Below, piece by piece: positions 1 to 13,004 of a DNA stretch of 64,000 bases. Both the position numbers and the translations under genes were made by a program. Source of the DNA: Phoronis australis (taxonomy: Eukaryota > Animalia > Phoronida). How positions within the stretch are numbered: position 1 is the first letter of the stretch; each line of letters opens with the position of its first letter. Location: NCBI GenBank assembly GCA_002633005.1, contig NMRA01000273.1, positions 315,555-379,554 of the forward strand. The letters are read 5' to 3'. The notes beneath the pieces were generated by a model. That model ran no database searches and had not been told where the DNA came from. It saw only the letters and a program-made list of their open reading frames with translations.

Positions 1-1463
1 TATCGGAAAACCCCAAGAGCGATAGAATCAAGAAAGCGTCGTAATTGCGATGATCCCACAATCCCTTCATCCAATACCCCTTTGACTCATTTAGACAACC
101 ACCAGTTGAGAATGAGAGTAAAGGCTCATACCCAACAAGCACGGAACGTACAACTGACGGTCAAGATATTAGAGAACAGAATTCAAGACCAGATAGGCAT
201 CAACGGTGTTGACAAACTTGTGAGATAAACGATATCGCATGAATCAAAAAGAAATCCACTTGAAAGTGATTCATTCATGGCCCTATTTTTGGAGCAACAG
301 AGGAAGCATTTGAGGTCAAGGATGCTAGACGTATGCGCTGGCATCTTATGATAGTGAGATGGGCCCTCAGCATCAAGCTGAAGTCGTCTGCTGCATATGA
401 TGCATTGCAGTCTGCTGGCTTTATTAAACTACCATCCCAACGCACATTACAGGATTACACCAGTGTTTTTAAAGTGAGGACTGGGTTCCAGGTGGAAGCA
501 TTCCAGCAAATGCAAAGAGAAATGGAAGTTGCCAGATTGGATGATTCTCAAAAGTTCTGCACTTTATTACAAGATGAGATCAAGATAAAGTCAAATCTTG
601 TATTCGATAAGAATAGTGGGGAGCTCATAGGGTTTGTTGACCTTGGCAACATAGACAATGAGTTACACGATTTTGAGGCAAACCTGAAGGGCAACAACGA
701 ACCAAGAATAGACTTGGCTAAGTATATGCTCACTTTAGTGGTGCGTTCACTAACGTCAAATTTCAAGTTTGCCCTCACTCATTTTCCATGTGATATAACA
801 GCAGATTATTTGTACCCAATCTTGTGGGAAGCTGTAGAGCGTTTGGAAATTTGTGGTTTGAAAATTCTGTGCATTACCTGTGATGGAGCATCACCAAACC
901 GGAAGTTTTTAGGATGCATGATATTAACTTGGATGAAGTTGTATACAAGACTACCAACATTTGGGCTGACGACAATAGGCCATTATTTTATTTCAGATGT
1001 GCCACATCTCTTGATGANAACAAAACAAAACTGTCTATCAAACTCTTTTTGTCACAAGCAAAGTAGAAACATGTGGCGTAATGGTTGTGACATCTCTTGG
1101 TTTCACATTGTTCAATTGCCACTGAACGAAGTAAGATGCTTCTTAGTTATCAAACTATGGAAGGAATTGAAATCACTGTTAAGTCATTTGTTGAAGCGTG
1201 TACATTTCTATTGAATAATGGCGCCAGTTTTGATTGAGTGATCATTTTAATCAAGATCCAATAGAGCAGTGGTCAGCAATGCACAGGCATGCTGGTGGTT
1301 CAAATGAAAACCCAGATGTTAATCAGTTCAATTTCAACATTGCGTCACTTCGAGTACAGAAGTCATGTGCTATGAAGAAATTCAATGCCAATACAAGAGG
1401 TGCCCTGATGATAGGGTTATTGACAACACTACTCTACCCAAGAGACAGAGAAGTGGTCTTTAA
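1..1463 (+). pseudogene. P-element/THAP9-family DDE transposase, frameshifted and internally deleted (5' end outside window)
   Basis: Motifs MRWH..IVRWAL, LPSQRTLQDYT, QDEIKIKSNLVFD..GELIGFVDLG, ITCDGASPNRKF, FISDVPHL, then in shifted frames LSYQTMEGIEITVKSF and NQDPIEQW..HRHAGGSNENP. Ends IDNTTLPKRQRSGL* (TAA 1461-1463). Most of the insertion (GTP-binding) domain appears deleted near ~1120. Confidence 0.9.
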
Positions 1464-2239
1464 CATCTGATGAATGGTCAAGGGTGTAATTGTGAGATTT
1501 TGCTCAATATATTGACAAATTCATAGTCAACTGGACGTAATATGTGTTGATGTACACAAAACAGTATTGTGATATTGCGTTAGTTTCTGTTAGATGTAAC
1601 AATGCAATCAACTTCACAAACACGTTAATTCAATAAAACTACATATGTATTTAAATCAGTTGCTTTCTCTATTTACAGATGAGGTCGTTGAACCAGATGC
1701 TGTCTATTTACAAATTAGACTCAAAATACTGAGCTATTACGATATTTTTGCTAAAATGCACATTGCATTATTTTCACTACTTTATAACTCATCAGTCGAA
1801 AGGTGTCACAAAACTACAGATCATTCAATAAATTCAGTTAGCGTTAAGTTCCATACACCGTTATTTGTGGAATGTTTTGCATTGAAATATGTTCTGCAAA
1901 ATTTTGAACAAAAGTGAAATGGAAAGAGTAGCTACTAATGACAAGGTCTCTTTACTATGAACATCCAAAAGGCACGAGCACCTTTCTGTGTGATGAAATG
2001 TGCTTATTCAACATACACTTGCTTAGTCAAGGCAGTAGTATTAGTTATCGGATGCACATAATTGCTTCTTAAACAATTACTTTTGACTGAATGACCAATT
2101 CTGCAAATTGAATTATCAATGCACAGTAATAATTCTAGGGATTCAGCAACTCCTGAGTGTTCCATAAGCACATGTCAATGCATAAAACTGTACTCGTTTA
2201 CAACTCCTTAGGCACAACAGAATTTACATATTAGATACA

Positions 2240-4424
2240 TTTTTAGTGTCTTCCTCAAGCCCTTCTCATACTTAGGATTCTTTGACTCAGTTTCTGGTAG
2301 CTTTCAAGAAGTTTTTTTTTGGAAAGAAAACCCCCTGATGGTGACGAACAATTTCACAAACATTGACAAAACATCTAACTTAACGCCTTGAGTAAACCCA
2401 ACAGTGGCGTTCTCCCACTTAGACAGTAAAATTTCATTTTGTAGCGCGCTACTCAACACCCCATTCCTCAGATCACCCCCAAAGTAACAGTCCACAGACT
2501 CTCTATTGAACAAAGATTTCACCACAAGTTCAAGCTCAACAATGAACTCTACTAGAGCCTCAGATGGGCGCACTAACCCCCCACGGTCACTGATTGATAC
2601 CCAGTCCTTTGTGCCAACAACCTGATCTTTGTTACACAGTTTGTAGTAGTTGAACCATTTTATGTCCCTTTTTACAATTACCAACTTTTGTCAGTAGACT
2701 AGCACACACTGCACCAGAAATGTACTCCAATGCATCTTTCTCTATAAAGCTCACTTCAGCATCCAGACTAGAACTGTGCTTTTTAGAGTTTTCCTTGAGA
2801 TTGTCTTTCAAAACAATGTTGAAAAGTCTCCTCACATAGGATCCTAAAGCACGACGCTTGGTTATCTGACAACTGGTCTTTAGGAGGCCAGTTCCCTTTT
2901 CAATGAACTCCTCATCAGTCAAGTTCAGATGATACGCCTGCCACACTGCTTCAGGTTGTCGACTGGGTAGAACAAAATGGCCCCCAGCAGTAAGAAATTC
3001 CCAGACAAAGTCTGCCATGAACTGCAGAGGATCACTATGCCTAAAACCAGCCACAACTTCTATGATCTTTCTATCGGCAGCTGATAACTTCATGAATTCG
3101 TCATTTTCAACTTCTGATATAGCCATATCAATGTAGGAGTTCATTCTCTCCTCGAGAATGTCTCGTGTGAATGCCGACGATACCTTTTTACCTAAAAATA
3201 GGAAAAGAATTAAATTACTCCCAACAATAACTTTAATGTAGGTCAGAAAAAATTAACAATTAGGTCTAAATCAACAAGCTAAAGCTATTGTTAACAATGT
3301 TTCACTCGACCTTGCATGAGTACAAAATCAATATCTAACTCATACAGACTGAAGTGCCACTGCGTTGTACCCTCGGCCTAACACATAGATTGCACAGACC
3401 TAAGGATTTTTAGGACCGGTCTCCTTCATTCAGATAGGTATAAACTAAATTTGCATCCTGGATAATTAAATTGTGACAGGTATTTCACATTTATCTGAAT
3501 GTTAAAAGCCAGTATTACATAATTTTTTCACGAGTTCAACTTCATGTTGTAACAACTTTACAGCAAAAACTCGGTGTATGAATTTGAACATTTATAACAT
3601 ACAAAGTTTTTTCATCATACTGCATTTCCTGTGCTACAACCTCCCGAGGGTGTTTGGTGAACTAGCAACCATTCTAGATATAAATCATACCTTTTAAGCT
3701 CCTTTTCTACTTCATACTACTTGACTTGCTTCTGGTCTTCAGCAGTTCAGGAACTAAAAGAAAATCAACAGTTAAAAACAGTGACACGCTTCCAGCATCT
3801 ATGTTTTAATGAGAGAGGTGACGTTAGTATTTACATTCTCGCCCAAATTAAAACGCTCAGATTTTTCTTCTACCAAGGAACCAGTGCACTTTTCCTTATA
3901 TCTTATGTCTCTAGTTAGTCTCGCTACATGATGATACGAGTTTTACGAGGAGGTGACGAACAGAACTAACTGGGCTGTGTGAAATTTCTGGGTCTAAAGG
4001 AGGTCAACACACAGTGGCACTCAGCCGAACCTTGACAATAGCCTAGTTAATAGCTGGTTAGCTAGTCTCTATAACATGTACGATGTTTTACACCATCGAG
4101 TCGACAGCCTAAACATTAATTACTTAACTTACCAGAGAAAGACAATGACGGGTCGCGATTTTTCACGTGCCTTGTGATTCCAGATGCCGTTTTCAACTCT
4201 TTTTGGCACACAGGACACTCGTACACAGCATCGACATCGCCAACCATGTCGACCTTCATGACTTTTGTCCTTTATTGTTCTACAGTATCATCGCTGCTAT
4301 TGCTCACATCGTCGTCTTCAAAACTAACATCAAGTATACTATTCCAATCAATGCTATCATCAAACGAAATTAAAACTATCTTTAGAATACATAATAAATG
4401 AAACGACTTCAGAAACTCTGCCAC
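2240..4424 (-). pseudogene. Three-exon gene: acidic N-terminus + C2H2-like zinc finger + P-element transposase C-terminal-like domain; decayed
   Basis: Exon A ~4424-4133 (DDSIDWNSILDVSFEDDD..*..YECPVCQKELKTASGITRHVKNRD, donor GTAAGT). Exon B 3753-3691 (63 nt, tttag/GTATGA, one in-frame stop). Exon C from 3191 (tttttag) is in frame with ORF 3144-2632 (EKDALEYISGAV), then frameshifts into ORF 2684-2304 (WVSISDRGGLVRPSEALVEFIVELE...KLFVTIRGF) and a KGLRKTLK tail near 2240-2265. Both introns are phase 1. Confidence 0.75.
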
Positions 4425-5299
4425 AAAGAATATGGCGACTGCATTCTCGTCACTCGAGAGAATACACGTGAATCAATGTTCAGTAATCATCGCTGTCCGG
4501 AAATACCCGACAGACGGGTTGATTGCGGCTTAACTCCGTGGCGCCAATGTTTTGTACGACGACCGACGGACTGAAAAGATTGCAAGCCCGCAACGAAGCT
4601 CTTTTCAATAGGGTTTGCCGCGTTGCTATTCCTTCTCTTACTGGTTCCTAGGTGAAAATGACTTGAAAATAGTACAAACAAAAATCAATTCATTTTTTGA
4701 CCAGCAACAACTCAATGATGAGTAATACCTATTCAAGACAAAAATAAAGCTTAAATGCAGCTGTTCATATGTATTCACCAAAAACAACACGACACAATCA
4801 AAACTTCATGGAACTGTGTCATTCAGCTGTTCAATCAAGCACCTTGGGACAAGGGAAATCTACAGTGAAGATGGCAGAGGGAGCAAGACTAAGTGCGACT
4901 GCAAACAGTAACATGGGGCAATGAAAGCACTACACCCTGCAAAGTGAAAGTCAACCGAAGTGTACAAAAAGTTCAGGTATTATCTGAGGGAATGGCTACC
5001 CAATACAACACTCCCAAGGGTACAAGTTTAAATAAACCACCCTGCCACTATAAGAGGTAGTTAACAGAGGAGACGACAGGACCACCAGCAGGAGCACTAA
5101 ACAAGCAGGCTCTTTTACCTGTGCTGAAGTCCAAAGTGGGAATTGAGGACGTGATTGGTGTAATGACGTTCCTAAACACAAAGCTACCATCAGCGCAGAG
5201 CCTACAAAGCAAACTGAATGCCATGGGTAAGACTGCGACTCAACTTGGCGAAAATCAAATGCTGGAAAATCAGCGTTATGTTTAGAATGTGACAAGCAT

Positions 5300-6972
5300 G
5301 GCTACAGTCACGTGACTTTTCCCGCCAGATGTGAATTTGAATTTCTGAAAATTTTCCACCTAATTTTGACAAGAAACAAGGCATAATATCAAACCATGGA
5401 GGACGAAAACAGAAAAAGGAACGCCAGCACCGAAAGCACTGAACTAAATGTGATTTCTAAGAAGATGACGCAAACTACACTGGATTTTAGAAGTATTACC
5501 CCAGTCCGTGAGGCAGATCGCAGTACATGTGAAAGTGATCCTGAAATCCTGAGGTTTCAAAAGGCACTTACATCGCCAGAAGTGATCAAAACTTTGAGAG
5601 AGCAACTAATAGATCCTGCCCTAAACGATATTAAGAGCTTCTATGAATCCAAACTAAAGGAAAAAGACGACCAGATTCACGACCTCAAAGTGCAAGTGAG
5701 TGACCTTCAAAATAGTGTGGACAGTCTCGAGCAATATTCTCGTCGAAATAACATAGTAATCCACGGAATCAACGAGCCAGATAACGAACGCAAAGGGGAC
5801 ACAGATAAAGCTGTTATTGATCTTGGCAAGATGCTTAATATCGACATTAGTTACGAAGACATATGTAGATCTCATACACTAGGACCCAAGAAACCCAATC
5901 AGTCAAGGCATATCCTAATCATATGCAAATTCATAGCTTACAACACCCATGCGATGTTTCTCCAGCATAAAAGTAAACTCAGATCCCAAGTCAGACCACT
6001 GTATATTAACGAAAATTTGACCAAAAGAAGATCCAGTCTATTTGCTCGATGTCGGCGCCTCGTGAAGTCACACACAATAAACAGAACCTGGACCCATGAT
6101 GGAAACATTTTGATTCAACTGAAAGACAACAAGATCAAGCAAATCTCTTCCGAGACAGACTTACTTGTGCTCGAAAACTGTGAACTATAGTCTGTACTCC
6201 GCATCAATTGGCAAGTATGATTTGTAGAACGCAACACATATTATTCAATGTAAAATATGGCATACTCCCTTAGTCAACTCTCGCCATGTTTGTTTACTCT
6301 GTTCTGGCGCAGCCCGAGTCTTTTTCACTCCGAGTCTACTCCTACAGGCCACCCATTAATAAACAAATTCTCGTCTTTAACCCACTCATCCGTTTACAGG
6401 TGCAGTGCTTATAATGAAAGGGTTACATAACTAAGACGCGCTGTCATAGTGACTATTACCTTCAAGCACACTATTATTTTCTGACTCCTAATTTACCCCA
6501 AATCCAAGTTTAGAGAAATTGCTTCATTGTGGTTACCAAAAGGCCAGTGCGTACTCTCTTGGTACACGTTAACATAAATTTAGAGCCTAGTAGAAGTGAC
6601 AACGTGGCTCAGAACTAGTCCAGGTAATTTCATACATACATAGGGATACCCAGATCCCCAGAATATGAATTGTAAATTGGACGGATTAATGCATAACTAT
6701 TAAACAGGGAACTATGGCAGCACACGCATTGTACAGTGAAGATTGCATTACACTCATATCAACCAGCGTAATGCAAGGGGTCTCAAAACAACACAATGGC
6801 TTTCCATACACACGCATTCACACACGTACTTGCCCACAATAAGTTGGGAATTGTTTTTAGAAGAATGGCAAGCACTTGTACAAGATCAATCTGTTATATC
6901 ACAGAAGCTAGTTACAAGAATTATATACATATTTTGACAATATGTGTAATTCTAAATTGATTTAAATAAAAC
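5300..6972 (+). mobile_element. Non-autonomous LINE (L1/Tx1-like): intact ORF1, ORF2 almost entirely deleted
   Basis: After a ~520-bp spacer, an ATG at 6714 leads to ITLIS../NARGLK..QWL (start of an APE endonuclease). This runs within ~100 bp into WELFLEEWQALV (L1-type ORF2 C-terminal F..W motif), a short 3' UTR and AATAAAA at ~6965. The 5' boundary is approximate. Confidence 0.6.
5396..6190 (+). CDS. Non-LTR retrotransposon ORF1 protein (coiled coil + RRM + C-terminal domain)
   Basis: Intact 264-aa ORF with a heptad coiled coil, then LEQYSRRNNIVIHGI, DICRSH.LG, IICKF, LYINENLT..R..LF and WTHDGNI, which are typical LINE ORF1p motifs. Confidence 0.85.
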   Translation: MEDENRKRNASTESTELNVISKKMTQTTLDFRSITPVREADRSTCESDPEILRFQKALTSPEVIKTLREQLIDPALNDIKSFYESKLKEKDDQIHDLKVQVSDLQNSVDSLEQYSRRNNIVIHGINEPDNERKGDTDKAVIDLGKMLNIDISYEDICRSHTLGPKKPNQSRHILIICKFIAYNTHAMFLQHKSKLRSQVRPLYINENLTKRRSSLFARCRRLVKSHTINRTWTHDGNILIQLKDNKIKQISSETDLLVLENCEL

Positions 6973-8018
6973 TTAAGTCATAGACGTAGTTGGTAGATTG
7001 TGGGTAAGCCGTGTTCACATCACAACGATTAGAACTCTTAAAACCTGTTTAAATCACTAACTCTGGGTGTGAATGAGTTGAAATGAGCTGAAGTATAAAA
7101 ATGTGGACACTTGATAGTTTTCGTTTCTAATTCCTCATGAACACCTTTTCTCAGAATTGTAAGATAACTCCTACAGTACCAATAATATAACAAGGAATAG
7201 GTAAACGAATTTTACTCTCAAAAAGTAAATCTTACATTTACCCCTTTCCCAATGGCAAATATGTCTATGACTTCATTTCCTTTATCATCAAAATAAGCGA
7301 AACAAACAAGTTTAATCACTGCACTGTTTCAGAGAACAATGCAGTAAGCTTCAGTATATCCAGCAAACAAAACAGACATCCACAGAAGTGATGTACTGTA
7401 GTCAACAACAGATGGCAGTATTAAATTCAAAGCATTTTCATTAACAATATAATGGACACTACTAAAAGCAGCAGAACTGACACCAACAAAGATGAGATGC
7501 ACGTACAACAAATCAAATTAAACTTCAAGGTCACCTTTGTCTATCGATTAATTTTGTCCCCCTTGAAAATTCCTGCAAATTCACCGACACGATTAGTGAA
7601 ATTTCCATAACTTAATGTTGATGGACAGAAACACAACTGCGGATGACCATATAGCTCTGGCAACTACTGACAGTGCCGCCATAGCCAGCGAGCCAAATCA
7701 AACTTCTGCAATACATTGCAGTCACTTGAGCTTTATGGTATATCACTGCAGCACAGCGTGACTTTATGTCACGTGTTTATAGTGCTGCACAAAACTACAT
7801 TAACTTCGGCTGCATTGAAGTGACACGGCACAGTGAAGACCTGCAAGTAGTTTTTTCTACTCACTTTTGATAGCTGCCATATAAACAATGCAATAAAACT
7901 ATTCTACAGAGAAGAAAATATCACAGAATCAGAATGTAGTAAAATTTTAAAATATATTTCCATGGAGTAAATGATTTCTCAAAACCCATTTTTACTTGCA
8001 GTGTGGTCTCTTCATCTA

Positions 8019-8105
8019 TCAATATTCCCTCGTTCCATTCAGCAATGTCGGGATTGTCTCCCTTTCAAGCTTACAGTTAATACTCCTGGACTGATAGTTG
8101 ACAAC
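8019..8105 (-). CDS. SAC3D1: SAC3D1-like terminal exon 7 (VVNYQSRSINCKLERETIPTLLNGTREY*)
   Basis: tttttaacag acceptor, phase 0, TGA at 8021-8019. Confidence 0.7.
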   Translation of the reverse strand, partial: VVNYQSRSINCKLERETIPTLLNGTREY

Positions 8106-8693
8106 CTGTTAAAAACAAGTGAAACAATGAAAACGAAGTCTTATTACGACCACTCCATTAACAGATCTCACTTAAGTGCCATCTTTCCAACTACAGCACA
8201 ACAATCGAGTCTTAAACACTATCTCAAACATGTTTTTGTTTCTCAGGATCTATTGGAATATCTAGACAGTTCTAGCAGTGTTGTCGCAACACCAGAAAAC
8301 ACAATTTCAAACACTGAAACACAGGCACGTCAAACGAAGCCATATTGTGTCACCGCAAGAACACAGAAGAATGAAAGGCCTAAGTTGTAATATTGAATAC
8401 GACTCTGAATTGAACAGCATATGAGGTTTCTTAGTGACATAAACAAATGTTAAGACAACAAGCCCAACGGCTCATTACGATTGATAATTTATGGCAATAA
8501 CATTCTCAGAGTAATGTTCAAAACATATCATAGCAACCAAATTCATGTCTGTGACTTTTCAAGGTAAGCTTTAAAATGTAATAACAAAATCAGGAGAAAA
8601 AAAATCGCGTGTTAATTGTGAGGAAATTACAAAGACAAACAGGTCTGTTGAATACACTAAGTCTTGTACACAGATTTTACGTCAATAGATTAC

Positions 8694-8880
8694 CTTCGCA
8701 CCATCAGCCACGGAGCCCTTTATAAAGACAACACCTCCATTAACGATGCTGATTCCCAGAGCTTCACAATAACTCTTTACTTGTTCTGGACTATCGCAAT
8801 CTAGGAGATTCTGTAGCTTGTAAAACGGGTACTTCAGGTTTTTTGAAGAGTACCCGTGTGACATAATGCACAAGGCTTGC
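8694..8880 (-). CDS. SAC3D1: SAC3D1-like exon 6
   Basis: ttttag acceptor, GTAATC donor; QALCIMSHGYSSKNLKYP..L..LL......YCEALGI. Confidence 0.9.
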
Positions 8881-9439
8881 CTAAAATAGGAAACGAGATA
8901 GGATTGCCATCAAAACCAATAACAGAGCCGGCTTCAGAGAGGTGCAGAGTAATCGATATTTAGTTAAGGCTAAACAGCATAGTTGATTCTGATCTGCCAT
9001 TTTTATGAAAATTGATATGGACGCAGTGAGCTGATTTTGGCTCAGTTGGCAATCCACCTATTTAAAACCTTGTTTGCGTGTGTTCGCAAGGCTTGTGAAA
9101 AAAGTTTGAAACCCTGTCTGAAAATAATGAGGGAGGGTGCTTTTTTATTCAAAAAGTAAGGCACAGCAGTGCTCTATGTGTAGCTTTACGTCAATTCGCC
9201 AAACGCAACTTGGCAAAAATCTCAGGTCACTCGATGAAAATTGAGGTCACCAAAAGAGATCAACAGTCGTGATTCACAAAAAGAAAAAAGTTGCGCCATG
9301 GTCCCATTAAAAAATTACGCATACTTCTTCCATTTCATGTAAATATGCACCATTCAATCCCTAACTCATATTCCTCACCCCAAAAGCGGATACACCGAAG
9401 GCACGTGTGTCATGGTCAGACCTTGGCTTGCCCAATTCC

Positions 9440-9740
9440 GACTTGTTTACTTCCTGTTGTAATTCAAGCGCGTTTAATATGTGCTGACTGCTGAGGGTGC
9501 CAGATGCATGATTTCAAGAAATAAACAGAACAATTGTGAACCAAAGGTATTGAATTAAGGAAAAAATGTTACTAATTTAAAGTTTGGAAGTCACAGCAAA
9601 TTTTGAAATAAATTTCGGGGTAATTTATTGTCTGACATCGATACTCGCTGTGGCGACTTTGTGACGAGTTGGGATTTTTTTCCAGTTGCCAAACACAATC
9701 TGCAGTTGCATTGGTGAACAGGTTACCGAATCGAGCACCT
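9440..9740. repeat. Dispersed repeat family, copy 1 (in SAC3D1-like intron 5)
   Basis: ACTTCCTGTTGTAATT...AACAATTGTGAA...AATTTAAAGTTTGGAAGT...GATACTCGCTGTGG...CCAAACACAATCTG also occurs at ~33835-34075 and, split, at 47628-47650/48793-49000. Confidence 0.75.
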
Positions 9741-10168
9741 CGCAGTTTTCAAAATGAGTCAGGGTGCAGACCAGAACTAAGTAATGCCTTCCGTTGCGCA
9801 ATAAATTTAAACTGACAATGCCTTCAACATACAGTCAAACACATGGATTATAGAATTACAGGAAGTACAATTGCAAAGTTTCCGAATGAGTCTCTCATTT
9901 TGTTCCTTAAAAGTTCAGACCGTAAAGCATACCACTCGACAATCAGTCTGTACAAAGTTGGTTAGGAAGGTTACCACATCAACACCTGTCATTCACATGA
10001 CTACAGAAAGGGAGGAAATACCCAGCCTTTTGTTCCTTATTTCAACACGTGTGCAGCATGACAATGTATAATGACAATGTATATGGACATGGAATTAATA
10101 CAAACAAAACAGTGTTTGGAACTTCATCACCAGGTAACAATAATAAGATACACGTGCAGATGTCATAC

Positions 10169-10309
10169 CTTCGAATCACTGCAAAGTGTCTGCTAATTGC
10201 ACAGCTTGCCAATGGGGGGAGATGCTGTGCAAGTCGATTAAATCTCACATAGTTCTTCTCCAAGTAAGCCGAAGTGACTTGAAAACACAGCTGCATTGCT
10301 TTGCAGTGT
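10169..10309 (-). CDS. SAC3D1: SAC3D1-like exon 5
   Basis: gtttag acceptor, GTATGA donor; AYLEKNYVRFNRL...ASCAISRHFAVIR. Confidence 0.9.
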
Positions 10310-10607
10310 CTAAACAAAAATCACAGATATGAAATTAGACTATACATGACAGCAATTGCTTGACAGAAGGAATTCCTTTTACACACCATTAAAATATCTG
10401 CTTAAGGACACCATTACCAGTTTTTTTATTTTGTTACACGTACTTTGTATTTTCAGAGATTAAGTTAATTAACAATTTTATGATGGTTTCTTAGTTAAAT
10501 TTCTACACAAGCTGAAGACATTACTCACGACATCGTCCATGTCAAAATACCTGCAAATTTTATTGTGTGCATTATAACGTTATGTGTAAGAATGTGACGC
10601 TGAATAC

Positions 10608-10811
10608 CTTATTGTGGTGGGCAGAGACAGGCAGTGCAATATAGCCTCTGTGTCGCCCAGACAGTAGAGCAAGTAGAGCCCTTCAAACTCCACCCTACGG
10701 TCATGAGGACCCCGTGATGAGTCGTATAGCACCAGGAGGCGCTTCAGACATTCTCTGGTGTGAGTCTCATTGATCTTCGCGTCAAACACACTTGCATTGG
10801 CTTCACACAAC
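10608..10811 (-). CDS. SAC3D1: SAC3D1-like exon 4
   Basis: ttttcag acceptor, GTATTC donor; LCEANASVFDAKINETHTRECLKRLLVLY...EFEGLYLLYCLG. Confidence 0.9.
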
Positions 10812-11655
10812 CTGAAAATGGGTCAAATATTATTACAGACATGATGAAGGACACGAAGTGAATTTTTGGTCAACGTGTGTCAGGTCAAATGAACTAATTT
10901 GCATTCAAGTCTCTAAAAATCATATTGTGGTGTCAAAAGCTACTTTCTTCTCAAACAATCATCTTTTCATCCTTTGCATGAATTGAGAATGGTTCTAATA
11001 AAATATCTGAATTCCCCTTACAGTTACATTGTTTAGGCTGCTAAAACTAATTAATCCCTGGTGACATGCAAACTTAATGAGACTGATCAAAAGCTATTTT
11101 AATCACGTTGCCTTCACTTTTAGTATCTTCTATTTGTTGTTTTTTATTATTTATTTGGTTTCATATTAATCATAAGATCATATAAATTTCGTCTTTCGTT
11201 TTGTAATTCTGTTAGTTTGTCTTACTGTCTTTGTATATTTTTACTGAGGGAAATGAAATCTGATGAGGCTACCCTTATTGTAAATATTACAATAAAAAAA
11301 TCACTAAACAAATAAATAAATAAATGGTCACTTCCACTTCTCCCCCATATTCTCTTTTTTGGAGAGAACAATTGTGAAGCCATCAGCAGCAGTCAACGTA
11401 GTAGGACCACCATTCATTCCATTGATTGTCATCAATTTGTGGCCAAATTTGATGAACAATATTCGTAACAAAAAAGTATTAGACTGATTGTATCTGCTAC
11501 TGAAATACCAAATTCCATACGAAATCTTCCAGTTCCCTGAGAAAAGACAGATTCCATTTTCCATCATCACAAAAAAACATAATTGCTGTAGAAACATTCT
11601 GACAAGGTTTCAGGTTGCAATGACATCTTTTCACCAACTATCAATAGACACTTAC

Positions 11656-11817
11656 TTATAGCCAGCGAGTATGTGAAAGCCAGCAATCTTTTCAAGCATA
11701 TATATCGCCTGAAGCCCATCAATTCTTTGAATCACCATGTCTTGGCGTACAGCCCGCAGGCGATTGAACACGTAGTGGTAGACAACATCAAAATTTACAT
11801 TTGTCTTTGTCAGGACG
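11656..11817 (-). CDS. SAC3D1: SAC3D1-like exon 3
   Basis: ttgcag acceptor, GTAAGT donor; YHYVFNRLRAVRQDMVIQ...LEKIAGFHI. Not in the ORF track. Confidence 0.92.
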
Positions 11818-12612
11818 CTGCAAGTGTAAACAGGGGCATCCAGTGCTTATGTGTGATAAGTAACAACTTGAATGAAAATTAGAAAAGGAGTATTTTACGC
11901 TTATACCATGTGTGTAACTAGTAAAAATCAATTTAAAGCCATGCGCATCACCACGTCCGAAAAACAATATTTTGGTTCAAGCTTTGAAATAGAACTGTTA
12001 AGTTTGTCTTGGTTCTTTAATACGGCAAGATAGTACCTCCTAATCTCACCATGGAGTTCACTGATGGTTTCATCGCCACGAATTCGATTTATTTCAATTT
12101 GAACTTTGTGATTTTACCTTTCTTAGTTAAAACTGTGTGTAACTTCAATTACGTAAACTGCATATCAAATTAGAACCAAATAGCAGATCATCACCAATAA
12201 ACTTTTCAAGCCGCCAAGATCAAACAATTTTAACAAACGCAAGATTAAAATTCAACAGCTTATACATCACATCTTCGTTTAAAGACTAAAAACTTAGCTA
12301 CGTCAGTAACAGCATAAACACTAATTACACATCACATTAATTGATGAAAGAACAACACTGCAACATTCGTAGACACTAGCAACTCCATCTATAGAGCTCG
12401 CCCATAAAACCAACGTTTTGACATTTGACTCACAGGTATGTTAATTTCAGCTAATAAACTGGCAATCTGTGTATACCAAATGAGTAACGTAATCAACAAA
12501 AATTTTCTACAGAGTAAGGAAAGTTGAGACCATTCAATACTGAAAGTTGGCAAAAAGTAGGTTGATTTTGGTACCAGAAGATTGTCAACGAAGACATCAA
12601 TCAAATACATAC

Positions 12613-12804
12613 CAGTTGACCAAGTAATCGACAGTCTTCATTAAAACATCAACAGGCCGGAGCTGATGTGGACAAAGATCTTTCCTACCAGCAGCCGGAC
12701 GTGAGTACTCTTTCACAGTCTTGTCAACATCTGCAGACGGACGCTTGTTTTGCCTCGTACTTTCTATCACTTCAAACATATGAAGCAACCCTTCTCTTTC
12801 TCGT
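12613..12804 (-). CDS. SAC3D1: SAC3D1-like exon 2
   Basis: tttcag acceptor, GTATGT donor; REREGLLHMFE...VKEYSRPAAG...LRPVDVLMKTVDYLV. Confidence 0.92.
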
Positions 12805-13004
12805 CTGAAACAAATTCATTGAAACATTGTGTAGCTGTCCGAAAAGCAGATACGATTATTTATGCAAAAAACAGAAATGGAACCAGACCTCACTATAATA
12901 GTAACTCCTTGTCAAAAAAATGACAAAATAAAATTCCACTTTATTTATGTGTTCATTTAGTGAAGAATCATTGTTCATCAAATCTGGTTGTAGCATACAC
13001 TCAC

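Noticed and set aside
4440-4660. Terminal inverted repeat of the P-like element
   Set aside because: The partner end lies outside the window, so it cannot be verified.
7971-8390. 139-aa plus-strand ORF
   Set aside because: Antisense to the last exon and intron of the SAC3D1-like gene; no domain features.
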